The translations under genes and the position numbers were made by a program. The notes beneath the pieces are model-generated. The model did no database searches and was not told where the DNA came from. It saw only the letters and a program-made list of their open reading frames with translations. 64,000 bases of DNA from Candidatus Methanomethylophilaceae archaeon (GTDB taxonomy: Archaea > Thermoplasmatota > Thermoplasmata > Methanomassiliicoccales > Methanomethylophilaceae), in assembly GCA_050944155.1 (NCBI GenBank), contig JBMNQN010000004.1, positions 1 through 64,000 of the forward strand, in the 5' to 3' direction. Below are positions 57,804 to 64,000 of the stretch, piece after piece (position 1 is the stretch's first letter; the number at the start of each line of letters is the position of its first letter).

Positions 57804-58918
57804 AATCCAGAAAAGAAGCCTTGGGAACCGTTGAAAGAGTGGTTATCAAAGTCGGAACTTCGTCCATTACCAGAAGTTCGCCGGAAAAATCCGCCGAGTT
57901 CATGGAAGAAATCGCGGATCAGGTGAAAACAATCAAAGACAGAGGCATCGAAGTCCTCATTGTTTCTTCGGGAGCCATAGGCCTGGGCATCAGGACTCTG
58001 GGTATAGAGCCCCATCCCAGCGACGTTCCCATGAGGCAGGCCGCAGCATCCATCGGACAGTCGGCATTGATGCACGGTTGGAACACGGCATTCGAAAAAA
58101 GGGGGCTGATCGGAGCCCAGATTCTGCTGACCATGGATTCGTATTCCGTCAGGGAAACCGCTAACAACCTCGGCAATACGGTGGAAACCCTTCTTTCCCT
58201 GGGAGCCGTTCCCGTGTTCAACGAAAACGATGCCGTATGCACCAAGGAAATCGATGCCGTTTTCGGAGACAACGACACTCTGTCCGCGGTAATAGCCAGC
58301 AATACGGATTCAGATCTTCTGATTATACTTTCCGACGTGGATGGACTGTACACAAAGAATCCGAAACTCTACGAGGATGCAGAATTGGTTTCCTGCGTAT
58401 CCGATATAGACGAAGTGGAACACATGGCGGGAGACCCGACCACCAATTTGGGAGTCGGAGGGATGAAAACAAAACTCAGCGCCGCACGCATATGCGCTGA
58501 TGCCGGATGCAACATGGTTATTGCTTCCGGATTTTTGGGTAATTCGATTGTGGACGTTGTCAACGGAGAGGACATCGGAACGCTGTTCGTTCCCGGTCCC
58601 GCAATCCCCAAAAAAAGACGCTGGCTCAAGTCGGTGGAACCTCACGGAAAGATATACGTGGACGACGGCGCGGCCAAAGCTCTGAAGAGACACCATTCTC
58701 TTCTGCCCGTCGGAATAACGGAAATCTCCGGAGGTTTTTCCCAGGGAGATCCCGTCGACGTGATGCACGGAGACGAAAACATTGCCCGGGGAATTTCCAA
58801 TTACGATTCGGACGACCTCATAACGATAATGGGAAAGAGAAAACCGGAGGCGGACAGAATCCTCGGCAGAGACCGCCCCATCGACGTGATTCATACGGAA
58901 AACATGGTTCTTCTGTGA
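57800..58918 (+). CDS. proB: Glutamate 5-kinase
   Basis: VIKVGTS, VSSGA, NENDAV, FGDNDTL, GGM.TK, PUA domain. Confidence 0.96.
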   Translation: MKSRKEALGTVERVVIKVGTSSITRSSPEKSAEFMEEIADQVKTIKDRGIEVLIVSSGAIGLGIRTLGIEPHPSDVPMRQAAASIGQSALMHGWNTAFEKRGLIGAQILLTMDSYSVRETANNLGNTVETLLSLGAVPVFNENDAVCTKEIDAVFGDNDTLSAVIASNTDSDLLIILSDVDGLYTKNPKLYEDAELVSCVSDIDEVEHMAGDPTTNLGVGGMKTKLSAARICADAGCNMVIASGFLGNSIVDVVNGEDIGTLFVPGPAIPKKRRWLKSVEPHGKIYVDDGAAKALKRHHSLLPVGITEISGGFSQGDPVDVMHGDENIARGISNYDSDDLITIMGKRKPEADRILGRDRPIDVIHTENMVLL

Positions 58919-59038
58919 GCCGTTATGCTTTCCTTATGTGGTCTCTTAGGTTAAAGGGCGATTCGGGCGAGCGGGTCTTCCGTGCTCGTACGGATAAGAA
59001 GAAAGACGTCTCGGGAAAATTTTCAGAAGGATAAGGCA

Positions 59039-59114
59039 TGGTGGGCCCGGCCGGATTTGAACCGGCGACCTCCGCAATGTCAATGCGACGTCATAACCCC
59101 TAGACTACGAGCCC
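59039..59114 (-). tRNA. tRNA-Val(GAC)
   Basis: GGGCTCG/CGGGCCC, TCGCA-TTGACAT-TGCGG, encoded CCA. Confidence 0.95.
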
Positions 59115-59235
59115 AGCAAGCCCTTGATACAATTACAGTAAATATATCTTTTCCCGCAGAAATTCCGTTCGGATATCTGAATTTCCGGTACTGGGTCATG
59201 GCAGATTCTTATATCGTAAAAGGGTTTTTACCCCT

Positions 59236-59478
59236 ATGGCCGAGATTAAGCTGTTTACGAAAGACAACTGCGGAAAATGCGAATACGTCTTGGAACGCAT
59301 TCCCGAAGGGATCCGCGTGGAAACGGTGAACGTGGATACCGTGGACGGACTGGCCGAAGGAGCCTTTTATCAGATTCTCAACATGACGTTTCCCGTGCTG
59401 GTCGTCGACGGAACCGTGAAAGCCGAAGGTTCCATTAATTCGCTTAAAGTCCTGAAGGAGATTTCCGAACAGAAATGA
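59236..59478 (+). CDS. Glutaredoxin/thioredoxin-like protein
   Basis: CGKC, FPVLVVDG. Confidence 0.8.
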   Translation: MAEIKLFTKDNCGKCEYVLERIPEGIRVETVNVDTVDGLAEGAFYQILNMTFPVLVVDGTVKAEGSINSLKVLKEISEQK

Positions 59479-60461
59479 TAACGCTGGGAATCGAAAGCAC
59501 CGCCCACACCATGGGCGTAGGAATCACCGATTCGGAAAACGGCTGCAGAGTACTGGCAAACGTAATAGACATGTACCGCCCCCCGCAGGGCGGGCTCCAT
59601 CCCAGGGAAGCCGCCAACCATCATGCGGAAAACGTTTCTTCCGACATACTCAAGGCGCTGGAAGAGGCGGGCCTCGGAATCAGGGACATAGACTTGGTTT
59701 CGTTTTCCATGGGCCCCGGTCTCGGACCGTGTCTGAAAACATCCGCAACCGCTGCCAGGGCGTTATCCCACCGTCTGAATATTCCGATAATGGGAGTCAA
59801 CCACTGCGTCGCCCACATAGAGATAGGAAGAGCCACTCAGGGATGCGAAGATCCCGCTCTGCTTTACGCTTCCGGAGGAAATACCCAGATAATCGCTTTT
59901 GCCGACCGCAGATACCGTATATTCGGGGAAACCGAAGACGTGGGCATAGGAAACATGTTCGATAAACTGGGAAGGGAACTGGGACTGGGGTATTACGCGG
60001 GGCCCGCGATAGAAAAACTGGCGAAAGACGGAGACAGACTTCTCGATATCCCCTACTCCGTCAAAGGTATGGACGTTTCTTTCTCTGGCATAATGACCGC
60101 AGCGCTGGCACATTACAAAAAAGGCGAGCGTCTGGAAGATATCGCGATGAGCGTTCAGGAGACCGCATTCGCGATGCTCGTGGAAGTTACGGAAAGGGCG
60201 ATGGCCCACACGGGAAAGAACGAAGTTTTGCTGGGCGGAGGTGTTTCCCAGAACACGCGTCTGAGGGAAATGACGAAAGCCATGGCCGAAGCGCGGGGAG
60301 CGGAAATGTTCGTTCCCGAAAGAAAACTGTGCGTGGACAACGGAGCTATGATAGCCTGGCTGGGAACACTTATGTACGAATCCGGAGTGAGAACGGACAT
60401 AGCGTCCACCGCCGTCCGCCAAAGGTTCCGTACCGACGAGGCGGAAGTCACCTGGCGCTGA
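59475..60461 (+). CDS. kae1: t6A synthase Kae1
   Basis: GIESTAHT, GPG.GPCL, HCVAHIE, SGGNT, DNGAMIA. Confidence 0.95.
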   Translation: MITLGIESTAHTMGVGITDSENGCRVLANVIDMYRPPQGGLHPREAANHHAENVSSDILKALEEAGLGIRDIDLVSFSMGPGLGPCLKTSATAARALSHRLNIPIMGVNHCVAHIEIGRATQGCEDPALLYASGGNTQIIAFADRRYRIFGETEDVGIGNMFDKLGRELGLGYYAGPAIEKLAKDGDRLLDIPYSVKGMDVSFSGIMTAALAHYKKGERLEDIAMSVQETAFAMLVEVTERAMAHTGKNEVLLGGGVSQNTRLREMTKAMAEARGAEMFVPERKLCVDNGAMIAWLGTLMYESGVRTDIASTAVRQRFRTDEAEVTWR

Positions 60462-61782
60462 TTTGGGCGGCTATAACCGAATTCAGTTTTTCGATGAATT
60501 CGTCTTTTCTTTCGGAGGGAAAAGATCCTCCGCTGGCTATTCTGTGGCCTCCGCCGCTTCCGCCCACAGCCTTACATGCTTCCCGAAGCGCAACCGAAAG
60601 ATCGACGCCCTTCGAAAGCAGTTCCGCGGTGGCCCTTCCGGAAACCTTTGCGGTTTCTTCCGTAGAGTTGATTCCGAATGTGGGTTTGGAACCGTTTCCC
60701 ATGTAATTCATAGCAATCCCACACAGCATTCCGGTCATTCCGGAACGGGAGCTGTCGAACCATTGAATGTCAGAGAGCTGGGTGAGTCCCCTTCCGTCCA
60801 GTTCGGCGGCGTTTTTCACGATTTCCGCGCGGAATTCTTTTTCGTTTTCTTCGGCTGTTTTAAGGCTCCGCAGATCCCCGCACGCGGCTGCCGCCCCCAG
60901 ACCCATGAGTCCGTTGCGTCCGCAGCCGTCAAGAATCATTGCGAACCGTCCGGAATCCATTTTCCGGTCTTTCAGCAGATAACGTTCTCCCGAGATATTT
61001 CTCAGGGTATCTGCGGAAACACCCTGTTCCGCAAGTCTCAGAACAATCAGGGAAGAAAGTTTTCTTCTTTTGTCGTCGGACAGTTCGGAATTGTAGGAAT
61101 CTTTGGAAATTCCCGCTTCGCCCAGAATCTCAGCAACCCCTTCCGCGTTTCCGCTTACGCCCCTGATATAGGGTTCGGAAGAAAGAAACAGCTCGTCCGT
61201 AAGTTTTCCGGAGGGGATGACCGATCCTTTTTTCGTCAATATGTGGCCCCGTTCCGTCCCCTCGTCGAGAAGATAAGCGTTCAGACCGTCGATTTCCTGT
61301 TTGTCACCGTATATTCCGGCGAAAGCGATTTCGACCAAGTCCCAGTTTCTTTCGTTCAGGGTCACGGCGAACAGACACGCCATGGTGGAGCCGCATCCGT
61401 ATTTCATGCCGTCTATTCCGTGGAAGTGGGGATTGGCGTAAATCACCCGTTTCGCTTCCGCGCCGGGGGTGTGATGATCCAGAACCACGATTTTGCGGTC
61501 CAGCGCGTCCATTTTTTCTATGTAGGATGCGCCCAAATCCGTCATAACTATACATTCGGCGTCGCTGTTCTCCACTTCCGGGAAGGTACTGTCGTCGAGA
61601 GTCGTCAGAAAGGTGACTCTGAATTCCTTTCCCTCGCGCATCAGAGCTTTGATGACGATTCCGGCGGAAGAAATGCCGTCTGCGTCGTAATGGGAAATTA
61701 CGTGAATGAAACCGCTGCCGCGGACGGTATCCGCGGCGGCGGAGAGAATTTTAAGAAGTTTTTCGGGGACACTCCGGTCCAT
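60448..61782 (-). CDS. DHH/DHHA1 phosphoesterase (RecJ-like)
   Basis: HYDADG, DLG, LDHH, GGGH. Confidence 0.9.
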   Translation of the reverse strand: MDRSVPEKLLKILSAAADTVRGSGFIHVISHYDADGISSAGIVIKALMREGKEFRVTFLTTLDDSTFPEVENSDAECIVMTDLGASYIEKMDALDRKIVVLDHHTPGAEAKRVIYANPHFHGIDGMKYGCGSTMACLFAVTLNERNWDLVEIAFAGIYGDKQEIDGLNAYLLDEGTERGHILTKKGSVIPSGKLTDELFLSSEPYIRGVSGNAEGVAEILGEAGISKDSYNSELSDDKRRKLSSLIVLRLAEQGVSADTLRNISGERYLLKDRKMDSGRFAMILDGCGRNGLMGLGAAAACGDLRSLKTAEENEKEFRAEIVKNAAELDGRGLTQLSDIQWFDSSRSGMTGMLCGIAMNYMGNGSKPTFGINSTEETAKVSGRATAELLSKGVDLSVALREACKAVGGSGGGHRIASGGSFPSERKDEFIEKLNSVIAAQISAR

Positions 61783-61789
61783 TTCATTC

Positions 61790-62245
61790 TCACTTGAGCA
61801 TAAGCTCCGCGTTCTTCAGCGAATATTTCCACTCTTTGGGAAGGACTCCCCTGTCTTTGTAGTATTTTTCGAGCCTTCTGATTTTCGCTTCGATGAGAAG
61901 AAGACCTCTTTTGTTGGCAACGTCTCCCTTGTTTTCCTTTACGTGGACGTTGAGGGAAATTGCGCGCCTCATGAGGTTGGAAAGATCCTCGGGAAGAGAA
62001 GGTGCCACGCCCTTTTCCTCCATGATTTCGGTAACGGTTTTTCCGGTTGCCAGTTTGACATTGGGAACTCCGTACTGGTCTCTGAGAACGAGTCCGATTT
62101 TCGCGGAAATCATTCCTTCCTTAGCGAATTTCACTATGAGTTCTTCAATCTCGGATGCCCCTATGGGTACCCAAGCGGGATTTTCGGACACCATCGGGCG
62201 TCTCGAACGGGATTTCCCCCTTCTTCTGGTGTGCATTCTTGCCAT
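61790..62245 (-). CDS. rps15: 30S ribosomal protein S15
   Basis: MARMHTRRRGKS, LRDQYG, LPEDL, IRRL.KYY. Confidence 0.96.
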   Translation of the reverse strand: MARMHTRRRGKSRSRRPMVSENPAWVPIGASEIEELIVKFAKEGMISAKIGLVLRDQYGVPNVKLATGKTVTEIMEEKGVAPSLPEDLSNLMRRAISLNVHVKENKGDVANKRGLLLIEAKIRRLEKYYKDRGVLPKEWKYSLKNAELMLK

Positions 62246-62330
62246 GATATGATACTCCGAATAGGTTTGGCGGCTTGGCTGAGTCACATTAACGGCACGG
62301 TATATTAAAAGGTTACATCCGCGCGCGGTA

Positions 62331-62681
62331 TTATGCGCGTTTTCCGGACACTTCGGATTCCGCCCAGGGAATCACGTCCAAATACTCGTCCCGGGGAAAG
62401 GACAGAACTTCTGGAAGTTCGGAGAAAAGACGGCTTTCCATCTCTCCGCCGGATATTTTTTCTCCGAGTACCGCGGCGCACACGTCGCAGTATCCCAGAT
62501 CCCGGACGGCGACGATTTCGATACCGTACCCGGATTCTTCGAGAAATTCCCGTTCCGCGGCTTCTTTTACGCTCTCTCCGGCTTCGGCCTTTCCTCCCGG
62601 CATCTCCCATCCCTTTCTCTTCCGGTTGTAAACCATCAGGTATTTTCCGTCCGAGAAAGCCACTGTGTAAACGGTCCTCAT
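62331..62681 (-). CDS. NUDIX hydrolase
   Basis: WEMPGG.AE.GE...EAAEREFLEESG; ATGA overlap with fibrillarin stop. Confidence 0.88.
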   Translation of the reverse strand: MRTVYTVAFSDGKYLMVYNRKRKGWEMPGGKAEAGESVKEAAEREFLEESGYGIEIVAVRDLGYCDVCAAVLGEKISGGEMESRLFSELPEVLSFPRDEYLDVIPWAESEVSGKRA

Positions 62682-63337
62682 TTTTTCGCTCCGAAAACGA
62701 TCATGACGTGATTCTTTTCGTAAGGCTCCAGACTTCTGGAATCCAGTATTGCGAATCCCCTTCCGCGGAGAACCGATTCGGCCTCCGCATATACGGCTTT
62801 CGGTTCTTTCGCGACGTCTTCGGAATTGGCTTTCACGCACAGCATTCCGTATTCCGCTCCGAAAGCTTCGGCGTTGTCCGCGGCGATTTCCGCCTGCCGT
62901 TTCTGTGCCACGTCCTGATAAACTATTTCGACTCTGTCCGAAGCGAAAAGATATTCTTCGGGTTTCGTGGCATCGCCAAGAACCGGAATCATGTTCGGCC
63001 GTCCTTCGCACACGGTCACCAGATCCCTGAACATTCTCTTCGAAATTTCGACGCATATTATTTTTCCTTTGACACACACGTCGGACACATGGGATGCGGT
63101 GGTTCCGCCGGATGCTCCGAGATACAGGACGGAAGAAGTTTCCGTAAACGGAAAGACTCTTCCGCCGTTGGTAAGGTAGGCGGAAAGTTTGCTCCTGCGG
63201 GGAGACCATTCCCTGTATTCCGTCCCCCCGTCGGTTACGAGGCGTTCTCCGTACACCCTTTTTCCGGGCAGGGAGGATTCGGTATACAGTTTTCCGTTCC
63301 GGGTAAAAACCCCCGGAACGTCCTTCAGATGTTCCAC
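62678..63337 (-). CDS. flpA: Fibrillarin-like rRNA/tRNA 2'-O-methyltransferase
   Basis: VYGE, YREW.P.RSKL, LYLGASGGTTASH, QDVAQ. Confidence 0.95.
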   Translation of the reverse strand: MEHLKDVPGVFTRNGKLYTESSLPGKRVYGERLVTDGGTEYREWSPRRSKLSAYLTNGGRVFPFTETSSVLYLGASGGTTASHVSDVCVKGKIICVEISKRMFRDLVTVCEGRPNMIPVLGDATKPEEYLFASDRVEIVYQDVAQKRQAEIAADNAEAFGAEYGMLCVKANSEDVAKEPKAVYAEAESVLRGRGFAILDSRSLEPYEKNHVMIVFGAKK

Positions 63338-63409
63338 AATTCCGCCAACGGGTTTTCCTTAGAAAAAGGAACCTATCGGAAACCCTAATTACGGAGTTAC
63401 CGCCTTAGG

Positions 63410-64000
63410 ATGCCCATGAACCTTGTCGAAACGCTGCGGGAAATCGCAAAGGAAGTCCGGAAGGCCGTATCGCTGATACCGGATTCCGACTTCAGAGGCA
63501 AAGAAATCTGTATGGGAGACGACGGAACTCCCACGTCCGGAATAGACAAGGTGGCCGAAAACGCCGTTCTGGGATATATCGAAGCCAACGGACTGAAACT
63601 CAACGTTCTGAGCGAAGAAATCGGTTTCGTCGACAACGGCGGAAGCGACGTTCTGGTTTTGGATCCGATAGACGGAACGAACAACTCGGTTGCGGAAATT
63701 CCCTTCTATTCCATATCAATGGCCGTGGGGACGGGTTCGCTGAGGGGTATGCACACCGCGTTCATCATGAACCTGGCAACCGGGGACGAGTATTGGGCGG
63801 TCAAAGGAAAAGGCGCCTACTTCAACGGAAGAAAACTCAAGGTGAGAAAGCCGGACTTCGACAGAATATTTGCGATGATATACACGGGAAACTCGGCCGC
63901 GGACGAATCTTTCGCACTGATCAAAAACGTCAAAAGCGTACGTTCCATGGGATGCGCTTCGCTGGAAATGGCACATCTGGCACTGGGGCACGCGGACATA
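63410..64000 (+). CDS. Inositol monophosphatase-family domain (possibly a bifunctional NADP phosphatase/NAD kinase); 3' truncated
   Basis: GDDGTPT..IDK.AE, SEE, LDPIDGT, RSMGCASLE. Confidence 0.85.
   Translation, partial: MPMNLVETLREIAKEVRKAVSLIPDSDFRGKEICMGDDGTPTSGIDKVAENAVLGYIEANGLKLNVLSEEIGFVDNGGSDVLVLDPIDGTNNSVAEIPFYSISMAVGTGSLRGMHTAFIMNLATGDEYWAVKGKGAYFNGRKLKVRKPDFDRIFAMIYTGNSAADESFALIKNVKSVRSMGCASLEMAHLALGHADI

Noticed and set aside
59475-60461. Kae1 not fused to Bud32
   Set aside because: Both split and fused forms are common in archaea

Overview
Archaeal chromosomal segment, most consistent with Methanomassiliicoccales (Thermoplasmatota): gatDE, rps17e, rps15, fibrillarin, thermosome next to grpE-dnaK-dnaJ, hypB/hypE, thyX, and no UAG stop in any credible gene. 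Most of the window is housekeeping genes plus five tRNAs. An ~18.4 kb element (~21468-39918) is integrated in the 3' end of tRNA-Arg(TCG). It has a tyrosine integrase, a divergent RHH regulatory switch with a chain of overlapping micro-ORFs, a P-loop replication-like protein, a serine resolvase plus ATPase, and defence-type cargo. The cargo is a UvrD/HelD helicase with an inserted nuclease, a Pol-beta-type nucleotidyltransferase coupled to a PemK/MazF-like protein, an Eco57I-like MTase plus a two-nuclease SF2 helicase, and a GIY-YIG/DUF4357 protein. Best leads: (1) the NTase + PemK/MazF-like pair as a candidate undescribed defence or TA module; (2) a ~200 nt structured transcript with its own promoter and terminator at 43600-43807; (3) imperfect tRNA restoration after integration through a very short G-run core; (4) a five-gene SPFH/Zn-ribbon operon resembling Firmicute ydjGHI. 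All calls come from reading motifs by eye; no searches were run.
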